Assembly: GCA_047495785.1 (NCBI GenBank)
Contig: JBLDXI010000029.1
Coordinates: 3,224,001 to 3,288,000, forward strand
Origin: Lepidodermella squamata
Lineage: Eukaryota > Animalia > Gastrotricha
Direction: 5' to 3'
DNA: 64,000 bases
Shown piece after piece: positions 22,636-35,207 of this stretch. The position numbers were made by a program, and so were the translations under genes. Position 1 is the stretch's first letter; each line of letters opens with the position of its first letter. The notes under the pieces are model-generated. The model was not told the DNA's origin. It saw only the letters and a program-made list of their open reading frames with translations, and did no database searches.

Positions 22636-25626
22636 TTATAAAGCAACGCTTGGGTAAATATTGAACATGACTATAGGTGTTATGACAATACATAGAATGT
22701 ATAAAATGGCGCCGAGTCTTTCAATAACACGGGCTACAAATCGCCACTGCTCCTCGCGGAACTCGAGTTCCGCCTCGCGGTACGCCGAATTTCCGCCAAA
22801 AATGACGTCATCGATCGAACTTTTCGATTTTCTCCCCATAGAATTCGGCCCATAATCGTGGATTCCAATGATAATTGAAGATATACCGAATTTGTACGTA
22901 GAATTGTCTTTCGGAATTTTCGAACCGAGCCCAATGGCGTGGCCAATGAAGCGGAACGTGTTGTAGGCGCATGGCGAAATTTGAACTTTACTGCCGCCGT
23001 TGTCTTCTACCATACTTAATGCGTATAATGCGCCGCCCTCGATTAGCTAAAATTAAAAGATTAATTTAGAAATCGATATCAGACGTGTTTTTTTGAGACG
23101 GAAACCATTGAGAGGGCAATATAGGCCATTTGAAGATCGATGTAGATTAACAGAAGAGGAATGTTGTCACTTGATCTGATGGGGAGAAAAAAATCGCAAT
23201 TTTGAGTCACGCAAATTCCGAGCCGCGTTACAGATTTTTTCGACCTAATACCTTGGCATATCGGCGACGACCATGCGTTGAAACACGGAATAGGCCAATA
23301 GGCATGTGAAGGAAATTTCGACTTTTTCAATATGGCCGACTGGAACGCCGAAGTTAGCCATGTGGGCGATTGAAATTAAAACGCTTGGAATGATCACATT
23401 GAGCCTAGTTGAAAAAAAATCAATTTTCAAATTCAAAAATTCAAAAATTTGAAAGTTATTCAACAATTTTTTTTATTCTAATATATTATTTGTTAATTTT
23501 TCAGTTTTTTTATTAATCATGAATTTTTCAATTTTGTTGAAATTTTGAAATTTTACTTGAATTTTGGAATGTTTTCGAAATGCCCAATAATTCTTGAAAT
23601 TTTTCAAATTTTCCTGAAATTTGAAAACTTCAATTATTAAACGGCATAAAAACTCACATGTAATATTGGATTTTTCGTTTGATTTTGAAGTGGAATTCAA
23701 GGTGGTCGAAGGATACGCTTGGGTCGGCGTACGACACGTCAATTTTGGATTGGGACAATGAGACGAGTTGCCACTGTTCATTTTCCTTGAAATATGTTCT
23801 CGAAATATTCCCGACAAAATTTAGCGACATGTATTGCCGAGCATAGCGCCAACTGGAATAAGAAAAAATTAAAAAAAAAAACAATTTTTCAGTATTTATT
23901 CACCTTTCCAGCTCCAACGAGCATGTCTGGAAAAATGTGCATTTTTTAAAATTATGAACATTTAAAAAAAATTGTTTTACCTGTGTATCGAATGGGAAAA
24001 GAGCTAGGTTATATTCGCAATAAATTTCAATGGTACCACCTGGGCTGAAAATGGAGTAGCCATTTGAGTAGACGCGAACTTTCTCGTCATCGCGGCCCAT
24101 CAAAGTGTAACGGCCTTCTGAATTCATCTAAAACAAAGTTGACAAAAAATCAATTAAAAATGGAACGGTGGCAGGCGAATGACGCAAATAAAAGCTGCAA
24201 AATAATGGAAATTTTCGATAAAGTCCCAACGGTATATAGAAACGCCAACTGCTATTTGTGAGTTTTCATTCGATAATTAGAGGTTGATTTGTCTGGGAAT
24301 GAAAAAAATACCTGAGCGAGATCTGGAAGCCAGACAATAGTCGATGGAACGACTGGGAAAGTTTTACCAAAATTAAATTCCAAGAAAATGAAAAGTGCAG
24401 ATATTACCGACGTAGTCGATGCAACTCAGAGGGAAGTCTTCTCGCCAAGCTCTTAGTTCATCCACCCATCGCTGAAAAAAATGGAAATTAAAAATTAAAA
24501 TCAAATGTAAAATATGTAAAATTATTTTGTTCAAATTTTTAAGTGATGTAATTAAATTACTAGATTTCATGTATTTAAAAATTTTAAAAAATGTGGATGA
24601 AGTCCAAAATAAATCCGAGAGTCAAATTATAGGCTCCATCATTCAAGCAATCAGTGATTGATTTTGAGTATCGGAAAAATCACTGAATTGTATAATCGAT
24701 ACTTGAAATCGATATGGAATCTGAAGGCAGGATAATAACGCGTATACTTTCCGCTGATAGCAAATAATACGAAGATTTACTACTCCAACCCATTGGTTCT
24801 AATTTAATTTGATTTTGCCAATAAATCCTATCGGTTTTATAAATCAATCACTTCAAATCGAATTCCGATAATTCATTGTTTAAATAAAAAAATTGAATTA
24901 CATATTATAGTCTAAACAAAAACTATGCGTGCTCTTCAGATCCGCAGAGAAATTTGGTCCGATCTAGTAAATTACCGAAAATTATCGCATGTGTTGCCAT
25001 CGGGTTTTCCCGGGTTATTTCGGTAATTTTCCCACGTTTTCGGTAAAAATACGACAGGATGATGGGATCCTCACAGCTTTTTCAATTTCGAACTTCGGGA
25101 CGCCCAGTATTCAGGATTCCACGAGGCTGTGGTTTCAGTTGAGGTTTGCAATCCCATTCGGTATCAGGAAGCTTCGAAAGCTTCATTTTCGAGAATATCT
25201 CCCTTCATTGTAACGAGGGACTTGGAACCTTATTTTTGGGTAAAATTCCAGAGCTGAAGCTTCAAATTCAGTACTTCAACCCCAAAAAGGTTATGTATCA
25301 GAACAATTTTAGGGATTAAAATGGCTAACCACACTGAGGTATCCGGAAATTCTCATAATTCGATACCGCTCGATAACGTCGTTGATCTGCGAAAATCCGA
25401 ACGTTAAAAACACCTCGACGGTATCATTGCCGTTCAATTTCGGCCGTTGCCAATTGCCGTATGGGTCGAAATATTTCCGCGATATTTGCTGCTCGGATGC
25501 CCTAACCGAATCATTGTAGGGCATTGAACACCCTGGCGCGGGTGAAGAGGGTGGCCCAAATGGCTGTTGCCCGATCGTCATTCCAAAAAATGTCCAAAAA
25601 ACGAGAACATGAAGTAGTGGTAACAT
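22636..25626 (-). CDS. Cys-loop ligand-gated ion channel subunit (nAChR-like, non-alpha), paralog 1, ~9 exons
   Basis: Signal MLPLLHVLVFWTFFGMTIG, RPKLNGNDTVEV, RWVDELRAW, VWLPDLAQ, CEYNLALFPFDTQ|TC, ENEQWQLV, FKIKRKIQYYM|LNVIIP, M2 EKVEISFTCLLAYSVFQRMV, EEQWRFVARVIER and M4. Confidence 0.92.
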
Positions 25627-28150
25627 TTCGATAAAATTAGGACCTATAACCATAAATCTAGATAAAAATAACAGGTATAATGCCTCGCGGGGCGAATAAT
25701 CCAAGTTTTTTGCGATAGTAGCGATGCACCTTGGGATTTCTAGCAATTCGAGTCATGCGATGTAATAAGATTGTTGCTAAGATGCCGCCCGGACGTCTCA
25801 GCCCCAGGTGGCGGCAAATACGCAGTTGAAATGTTTATTTTAAACATGCACTGGAGTCGATAATAAATAAAAATGAATAATTTCAGGTTGAATTGAATAT
25901 TTTTTCAAATTTTTTTATGAAGATTAGCGTTGATTGAATATAATTTTTTACAGGTGATTCCGGAACAATTTTTTCGCCTCGATGCTTAATTATTAGTCTA
26001 TAATATTATTCACTATATAATAACAGGTGTGAAAATATGAAATCAATTTAGTATCGATCGATTGCCGGTATAGAAAACGCATTCATTACAATTTCTGTTG
26101 ACGGGAAATAGAATTTATATAATATACATAAGTATGCTACTTAAGTACTTATATAATCGTAATAATTCAAAATTACCTTGAGTGAATTTCCGATAGATTT
26201 GTTGTTTTTTCCTTTCTCGGTAGGTGTGCCTAATTAACCTCTTTAATGTTGCGTTCCAGTTCTAGAATACCTACGAATGTGATTTTTCAATATGCGTGCG
26301 GCCACGATTTGACCGATTATTGTTAATGTAGCGATTTTCAATACGTTATTTTTATGTGAGAAACCCAAAAATCACAATTTAATGTGATCAATCATCACCC
26401 GAATCGAAGAAATCAATCGCTGATAATCGATAATCGATACTCGATATCACGTGTACAATTTCAAGACGGGTCGGGGGTAACAGAGACTTAAAAGTAATTG
26501 AAACTTGAAAGTATCGACTCAAAATGAGGGAAAAATTGCTAACGAACGGTTTAGTATGGGTTTCCAAGGCGATGGGTTCTGAGGCTATGGCATATAGCGA
26601 AGTAGGACCGCGGAACTAGTAGAGATAATAACAAACATCGACATTAGGGTCCCCCCTTTGGTCTTTGACTGAGCTCACAGCCAACCCTACGGACCGATGG
26701 AACTGGCCTCTACTTTGCAACCTATGAGTTGCAAAGGTTTTAATTTGGAAAAATAAAAGATCCAACCTAAATTCAGCTTCTCGCAATTTTTAAATCAAAC
26801 GGTCATTTTACGATTTTCGTTTTGATGTTCACTCGGTTTTTTCGATTTTTTATCGAATCTTCGCGATAAACGTCGAGAACGTTCTCTATGTGCTGGAGCT
26901 ATTTGAACTATCGGCTCGTCAAATCAACTTTACTCGATGAGTTAACCTCGGCTCGTCGCCGATCTGATCAATCGATTTTCAAGCTCAATCGTGTTGTCGA
27001 TCGGGTTCCAAGAAGACAGTGCCTTTGAACCAGTTCGAGCCAGTAACTAAGGCTGATGGAATACATGGCACGACATCCGTTATGGTAATTTCCAGGAAGA
27101 AAGCTGCCGGGATTTTGCGATTGTCTCAGAGGAGCTCTGTGTTTGAGGTGAGGCTGAGGGCTGCTCGATCCTCGAGCCGTGCCAGTTTTAGCACGAGCTG
27201 ATTTGAATAATGAAGCTATTTAGCGATGCTCGGGTATCTTCGTTTTCATATTGAAATAGACAACTGTCCAATGTTGCTTAAAACTTGAAACCACAGTGCA
27301 TTGCAAATAAACCAAATTCGGGTCTTTCATGGTTAATGCAGATTCGGTCGTTCCAATTAGGAGTCCAACTTTACGAGTTACATCCACTTCAAACTTTCAT
27401 TAAGTGTCAACGGCCTTTCAAACAATGATTTTCAAGATGTTATCCTGCTTTTGATCCACCACGCATTGAGTTAGAAGAAATTCTATATCTTGAAATAATT
27501 AGCAGCATAAGACATGGCTGTATTCTTAGTGAATCACTTCGACAAAATTAGCCCACTCTGACGCACTCAAGGCGAACATTTAATCAAATAGCAAGTAGGT
27601 GTTTTAGGTGTAATGATCAAAATGCCTGGTGAGTGTTTGTTGGGGCCCGAGTCCGAATTCTGCTTGTACGCGTTCGGGCAGGCCCGTATGCGACCGGGCA
27701 GCAGCACTTTACGAATCAGGCTAGGCCCCAACCTGATCACTTGGGAATTTTATCCGACAAGCTATTACGACCGACTTAGGTCAATCGATTGCCTTGCCTT
27801 GTTAAATCAAATCTTTCCCTCTGTTCGCGATATTTCCTCTGTGAAGTCGACGTTTACATCGAGATTTAGATCATTGCAACATGAATAAGGATTGTATTTA
27901 ATCCGCTACTGAGATACTTCTTTTATATCCATATTATTTCACGCGTGTCATCGCGGTTGGAAGCGTTGAACAAATTAACCAGCAGACATTATCGTGCTAA
28001 TTAGCCCATGCAAGTAATTTCTAAGACACGCGCAATGCGCATTATTAATAAAAGTACAAAGAAAGATCACCTGTCGTGCATGCGACACATTTGGCATGGC
28101 TTCAATTAAAGCAGGAACATGTTGCGCGGCTTTGTTGTTCGATTTACAGG

Positions 28151-28160
28151 CCTATAAAAG
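28151..28160 (+). promoter_or_regulatory. Putative TATA box of the class C GPCR gene
   Basis: cctataaaag about 75 bp upstream of the ATG at 28229. Confidence 0.35.
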
Positions 28161-28228
28161 TTCTCAAAATCGGCTATAACAACTATCTATTTTTCCATAG
28201 ATAGTCAAACTTTTTGAAGCTTCAAATC

Positions 28229-31200
28229 ATGCTTTATCGGTACATTTTAATGGCTGTGATAAGCTTTTCATTTGTTAAAGCTGATACTCTCAAAATCTTA
28301 CTACCTGTCCTACTTCCAATGACAGGCGACGATTCTCGAAACGGTGAAGGATGCCGAGCTGGCGTTGATGTAGCTATTGATGCTTTTAACGCTGGACGCG
28401 CGAGAGGCTACAACGTCGAGCCGATCTACTTGGACGAGGCAGGCGGTGCACTGCAGGCTGCGAAGCGACTAGCGGAATTCACAAGGCGCGGCCTAGGCCC
28501 ATCGGAACAGCTCGCACCAGTTGTTGTCGGGCCCTACTTTACCGGTGGATGCAAGGCAGTGGCGACGTTCGTGCACCACCTTAATATGGTTCAGGTAATA
28601 CAACATGTGTTTCTTTGAGGATTCAAGGGGTCAATTAACCGAACAACGACCAGACCCAGGATGTCTAAACTTGATACGCCTTTTTGCTTAAGGCATCAGG
28701 AATTTAGGGGAGTTTGATACTATGAAGTGATGGTGATGGCTATAGCACCTAAACTCAGTGTGCGAAGTATGATCCGGGAGCTGGGAGTGCTTTCGCGACA
28801 CCCCAGCACCCCTGTACTTCGCAAGGGGCAAGGGGCTCGTTCTTGTAACATGAAAAAGCAGCCACCTTGAAGGGGAGTTTGGGTGACTTTGGTCTTACTG
28901 GATCCACCTCTTGGAAGTTTCTAACCCTCAAGTTTCTGTTAAGTTCCTATGAGCCTAACTAGGTAGCGCAGTGCCGTTCTATGGGGGAAAAATTCCAAAC
29001 TTTCAGTATATAGCCTCCAAAAATCTTCGATCACCCTGGCAGAGGATGAGCATTGCTGTCACACCAAGCAACCATGCAACCTGGTCACATGACTTTGGGC
29101 AATTAGGATCTCCACAAATTAACCACAAGATAACAAAGATCAACATTACAAACGTCTAGGACTTCCGGATACGTTCATTGTGCCGTGGTAATAGGGGGTA
29201 GGGGGTATCGTACCCCCCCCCCCCTCCCTTCTAGTCTGCATGGCGAAGGTGGAAAACCGCAAAAAAACCCTGAAGGACCTTTCGGTCCGAGAATTTGGGG
29301 GTCTAGTTCAAGGGTCTTAGTACTTCGCCTTTAAGTTTCGAAGGATTCATTGTTTCACCCCTATAAACATGACCTTATTTTGCTGATTTTTTTTCTAAAG
29401 GTTGCCATGAGTTGTGGCGCCCCTGCTATGACAGCACAGCGACGTCTGCTGCCAAATTTCTACCGCATTCGTTCCGCTGGCGATATCTCCGTCTTCGCCA
29501 CGCTCCATCTCGTCAAAAATATCGGCAAGTGGCAACGAATCGCGATTCTGACATGGGCTGGCAACGTCTACAACTACCAAATCGCCTCGATTCTACAACA
29601 AGAATCACTGAAGCAAAACATTTCAGTGCCATTTTTCGAAATTGTCGCCGATGTGGATGAAGAAATCATGAGTCATCTTAAAAAATCCGACCTCAGAATT
29701 ATTGCCTACCCAGTCGCCGAAAATTCGATGATCAACAAGTTTCTTTGTCTTACCTATAAAATGGGCATGACCGGATCGCGGTACCTTTTCATACTGTCTT
29801 ACGTTGGCTATGCTGACCCAGACAGCTTGCCGTTGAACATTTCAGACGGTTGTACGAGGGATGTGATAAAAACTCAGTATTTGATCTCGAAATGGACCGG
29901 CGGCCAGTTGGAGGCCGATAATGCGACGAGAGTTTCAGAACTCGGCTACAATTTAACAACTTTCGATGATCTTTACATCCGCAAAATCGGCTTATCAAAA
30001 CAGGTATGTGTTGTCTGATGACATTTTTCAAGCAGCAAAATTTGCGAAAATTTCAAGAATTTCAATTTCAAATTCAAATTCAAATTCAAACTTGAAAATG
30101 GGAAATTGCGAATTTAGCCTGCGAATTTATCCCTCGATCTTGCTCATTTCCGTGACTAGTCCGAAGTTTTCTTATACTCTTTCCCATTTATAGAAACCCG
30201 CCGATCATATAAAACGCGTGCTATGTCACGATGCTGCACTGAAAGGCCTGTTAATCCTGGACGATACTCAGAAATCGCTGTTACGCCTCAACATGAGCCT
30301 CCAAAGCTACGCAACACAGCCTCGACAAATCGCTGCAATAGCTAACCAATCTGCTGCTAAGGTTGCTTACACTGGACTGAGAGCTGGCTGGTTGCAATAT
30401 TCCAGCCGCCTCGAGCTCGATAAGGACCCCCAGGTCGTTGTACAGTGGACGCCGCAATACGGCCCGAAAGTCGAATACAAAACAGTTTTGAAGCCGGGCG
30501 ATAAGAAGGATCCTTACTCCTACAGCGCTTACAATTTCGAAATTATCGACCCTGTTAGTTGGAACACGAAAAACGGCGAACCTCCGCTGCAGAATCGAAT
30601 AATACTGAAGATTACTGAGGACATTCCTCTAACCTTCCTATACTCAATGTAAAGTTTAGCAATCGTATCTTTACTAGTCCAAATCATTCTATCAATATAC
30701 TTAAGGAAATTTTCCCTCATAGTTATAACTGGTCTCTTGTTGAATGCGTCCTGTATCGCGTTTTCTGTCCCAACATCGATTTCACCATCTGTGGTATGCG
30801 TTATTCGCCCTGTTTTCATTGTGCTATCATTCGCAATACTTCACATTGTCATCATATCTCAGCTTATCAATCTTAAAGGCTCTCAAGGTAGTAGAGCGAT
30901 TTACAAAGCTCATGCCGCGACAACAACGTTCCACACAATCGACAATAGGCAGCCGTCTCCTAGAGGCGATAACGTTTTTCTAGAATTACCGCCAACGGTT
31001 TCGATAAAATCAGCTAAGAAATGCAATAGATATATTGTTATGATACCTGTCCTTCTTGATGTTGCAATTCTAATCATTTGGCTGTGTGCCGACCCGGTTA
31101 AATCTAACATTGCTACATCCTCGCTGCCTGTTTATGATCTAATTTCGGACACACTTCAATTTAGCGAAACTGTTGTTTGCTCGTCTAATAATTATACGGC

Positions 31201-31468
31201 ATGGCTATTGACTCTGGCGCTTAGCAACGCCTTGAAGTTGATCTTCGAAGGCGTGTTGGTCTTTTTGATTGGCACATCAACGGCGATGAGGTCTCTGAGT
31301 GAGTTTCGAGCGGCGCGTGTTATTGTTGTTAATAGCGCATCACTGTTTTTCGGATCGTTGCTCCTCATTGTAGCGCTGCAAACTGCGACAGGCCAGCTCG
31401 AGGCGCTAGCCATTGCGACGTTTCTACTGTCAGGCGTTTTAACATGTGTTTTTGCTCATTTCCGGTAG
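28229..31468 (+). pseudogene. Class C GPCR, GABA-B-receptor-like (Venus-flytrap/ANF_receptor domain + 7TM), exons 28229-28594, 29401-30003, 30194-31468; in-frame TAA at 30650-30652
   Basis: Signal peptide, LLPMTG..GEGCRAGVDVAIDAFN, VVGPYFTGGC, NMVQ|VAMSCGAPAMT...PNFYRIRS, KWQRIAIL, CLTYKMGMTGSRYLFIL. 7TM carries C..RP and LIIWLCADP...VVCSS. The ORFs 30218-30652 and 30737-31468 share a frame and are separated only by the TAA and a hydrophobic TM1/TM2 stretch. Confidence 0.82.
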
Positions 31469-31838
31469 TTCGATGTGTCAATGGTTTATCTGAAGTCTGA
31501 GGTTAAATATAAAATATAAATCAATTGAAAAATATGATTGTTATCGTATAGCGGCAACCTTGGCAGCTTCCTGTGTGGGGTGCTTATACTGTTAAAGGAC
31601 CCTTGGAGCCTAATTATTCATGCTGGATGTCAAATCTAACCTCACCAAAGTTTTTATTATTTAATGAAATCTCTTAGATAGATGATTGTAACGATTTTAG
31701 CTCATCATGACTTTGGTTAATTTCCTTCGGCTATGAATAATGAAACACTTCCTCGACGGCTGTGACAAAGAACAGCATGGTTCACAAATGCACCGCACAC
31801 GAAATTCTCAGGGTATATATAGCCGTCTCAGACAATCA

Positions 31839-32871
31839 TCACACAAGTTGACAAGTCTCAAAGCCCGTAACGCCATATGCGATGCCGTCGGTATCAAACG
31901 CTAAACCATCCTGCACGATAAGCCCGCAACACTTTTGGTAGGTTTCAGCAACGAAAGTATTAGGCGGTGCTGTGGTCTAAACAAGAAAATAACTATTACA
32001 ATGAGCAAAAACATTTCAGTCCAAAATCTACCGGTCCAGAGGTGACAGCAACACCGTCCGGATAATATGCGGTGTAAGGGAAGCGAATACATTTTCCATT
32101 CCGGGTATTAGCACGGTTACCGTTTATTTTGTACGCCTTATCGGTGTCGACTGTACCGATGCAAGCCAATACAGGTGGAGAGCCAGGAACAATCTCGTAT
32201 ATCAGAGAATTAGTTCCTTGCGCTGCTGTGCAACATTCAGCGAAAGAGCTGAAAGTTTTCTTCGGAGCCGTCGATGCCTGATGAAAGGAAACCGTCTGTT
32301 AAATTTCAGTTGAATCAGTTAATTCTTACAGTTGTTCCTGTTAAAAGAACAGAATCACATGCTCCAGCATTCGCTGTGCAGAATGGCACATTCGGCTTTG
32401 TGATTGTTGCATCACCGCCTTGCGTCGTGGTTATCAAACACAGCTTGTAGGTGAGCTGATGGTGAATGAAAATTCACGGGCGATTAACGTTTCAGAAAAT
32501 GGCTATGAATTCAAGCTTACAGGGCTCGCGCAGGTTTGTCCTGACGGGCATTGAGTTGCTGACGTTGCGATGCAATTATTCGACGATTTATCGCAAACAT
32601 TGGCGGCAGGCGTGCAGGTTTGGCCGCTCGGGCACAAAGATGAAGCAGCTTTTGTCACACAGCTGTTCGCCGTTGTATCGCATACAACACAGGTAGATCC
32701 AGGGCTACAGGCGTTGGCTGTAGCATAACAGGCCTGGCCATTAGGGCAGGTTCCGGGATATTCCGTGACTGTTGCTGACCTCGGGCAAGACGTTGTCGAG
32801 GCAGGGCACGCAGTGACAGTGGCACAGACGGTGGCCAGTAGAGCAAAGGCTAAAGTTTCAAGTTTTGACAT
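31839..32871 (-). CDS. Secreted Cys/Thr/Ser-rich protein, cluster family, divergent member 1 (4 exons)
   Basis: Signal peptide + ACPAS, Cys repeats. Exon 2 LTYKLCL...FCTANAGAC, exon 3 TFSSFAECC...GKCIRFP, exon 4 TYQKCC...YGVTGFETCQLV*. Same phase-0 exon layout as the copies at 43-62 kb. Confidence 0.8.
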
Positions 32872-33639
32872 AATTCTCAAGTAATTACGTCGTAAGCAGC
32901 TTCATCCCGTTAAAATTATCTGTTTTTTTTCCTCCAAGAATGGCCGACGAAATTCTGCCAGGGCATGCTCCCGTTCTGGTGCCGTATATTGTTGCGCACG
33001 GCCGCTGCACCTGGCCGCATTCTGAGGTTGGCGTCGAGAAAACTTGGTGGAAAAGTACGCATCATAATATATAGGAGTCGTATATGCTGCAAAATGATCT
33101 TCAACTGCGCGCGGCGGCATCTATCTAGTGCTAATGTGTTGATGTTATTATATCAAAAACAACACCAGCGGCATTGATACGACGAATATGTATAACATCG
33201 CGTTGCCAGAACTAGCAATGGCTTGGATATCTATTTAACGTATCAGAAGTGGTCGGCCTGACGATCGTAATACATGCTGTGAGCGGCCAAGCTAAGGAAA
33301 GAAACTTAACAACTGGGGCTGCAAAATTAAGACGAACGCGAGTTTTACTAATGGCACTGCTATTGCGATATCTGATCTATATCTGATTTTCTAGAGTTTT
33401 GTATTCATTGACGCTATCGCGTTCCAGCCATCATAGCAGCCTGGTCCGGCCGACGATTTCCAATGCGATATATGCGGCGGAAAATTCAAGAACAACCACG
33501 GTCTCGGAACAAGCAACGAGGGAAGAAGGCACAATGGTGCTTGTTAGAGACGTGATTTACGACGTCGATTTCGACGAAATCTACGTCGATATCACACCGC
33601 AAACCGATGAACAACCCATAGAGATGATAGTTTTGAGGT

Positions 33640-34420
33640 GGAGGAAACTGGCCAGCCTACCCCTCATGCCTTCGAACGGCTGGAGGTAAAACGACATCTC
33701 CGAGTTGACCGCAGACAGCCTAATTGGTTTGGTTTCTCTAAACTCGACGAGCCTGATTCCGACGTCTATCTCAACAAGCGGGATAACGCCACCGAGGTGG
33801 AGCATGCAGCTATTTCGGCCGAAAACAATGATCCCGTCACCTACGAGCAAGCCATGGCAAGTCCTGATCGTCTTCAATGGCAAAGAGCTGTCGAGGAGGA
33901 AATGAGAGCGCTAAGACGAAACAATACCTTTGCGGTAGTGCCACGTCCGAAAGACAAGAAGGTCCTCGGTAGTCGTTTGTATTCAAACGTAAACGTGACC
34001 GAAACGGCCAGGTAGTCACCTGGAAAGCGTGTTTTGTATGTCAAGGTAACAGACAGCGCCCCGGAGTCCCCGGAATCTCCTACGACATCGACCATGTGTA
34101 TGCTGCTGTTGCGAAAACTACGACCGTCCGACTGGTACTAGCCATCGCAGCTATAAATTCCTGGCCCGTGTACCAACTCGACGTGTGTTCGGCTTACCTT
34201 CAGTCTTCGCCGATCCAGGAGGAGCTTTACGCCGAGGCTCCTCCGCACATGAGAAAAAAGGGTGAAAACTCGATTTGCCTAAAATTGTTCAAGGCGCTCT
34301 ACGGCTGCAAACAGGGCGCCGTTGCATGGCAATCTACGGTTCACCAGTTCATGACCAGCACCGGTTGGTTGCAAAGTTCGGCTGATCCTTGCCTCTATTA
34401 CCGACGTGATGGAGACAAGA
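33640..34420 (+). mobile_element. Degenerate Ty1/copia LTR-retrotransposon reverse transcriptase (RVT_2) fragment
   Basis: DPVTYEQAM...WQRAVEEEMRALRRNNTF.VVPRPKDKKVLGSR, then YAAVAKTTTVRLVLAIAA..WPVYQLDVCSAYLQ..IQEELY...LFKALYGCKQ..W...SADPCLY. Frameshifts/stop near 33980-34090. Confidence 0.88.
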
Positions 34421-35207
34421 TAGCTCTCGAACGCCGAGCCGCAGTCGCCAGCAACACGAAAGCGATGATCAACAACACCACGACAGCGGCTTTTTCCCCC
34501 TTGGTCCATTCTTCCTTCGAGGTGGGCACCACGGCAGGGAGAAAACCATTGACGACCGGTTCTCGCGGTGGGATGGGGACAATGGTGTTAGCTAGAAAAA
34601 GAACGCTGATTCGGTTGACCGGTTTCCCTAACTCGGTGGCGTGATCCTAAAGGAGTTTTCTAGTAGCGCACAACTTATGCGGTCGAAGGATCGGCTATTT
34701 CGGACTTTAACCCCGTGATATATAAACTGAAATGAAGAAATAATAAAATTACTGTTTTTGGAGCACTTCAAACGCGTCGTAAATCACGTCTCTAACAGTG
34801 CTAGTCAGCTGAACCAGCCGGTGTAGCGTATTAATCGGCCCCCTCAGTAACTGTTCCCCTCCACAAACAAACATACAGTAGCCACAGGTGTTAATGGCCT
34901 ACCCAGGCGATAAGGCCCTTACCCCCAGAACGATCTATCCCCCTACATTCAGGTGAATGATGCAGGTGTAAAAGTTGACACGTTTGTACGAAAAACAATG
35001 AACAAATAAATGGGTGAATGCGCGCGTAATTTTGACGGTGTCACTTGATAAGCGCCGCACGACTTGTCGCGTTGAGGGTCGAAGGCGGCGGTAGGAGCGC
35101 GCGAATGATCAAAGCGTTACCTTTGCGTGACTCTAGACGGGAAAATCTTACACCGGTACCAAATTTCATTTAATTCAATACCTAACCATTTTATTCGTTT
35201 TTTAACT

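Noticed and set aside
14438-25746. Longer N-termini given by the ORF track for LamG-EGF (15220, 19044) and channel paralog 1 (25746)
   Set aside because: They use non-ATG upstream starts. Signal peptides and paralog agreement point to ATGs at 15106, 19008 and 25626.
30649-30722. A GT(aaag)...catAG intron that would remove the GPCR stop codon
   Set aside because: Splicing it shifts the frame and deletes a well-formed TM1. The sequence reads as coding in frame.
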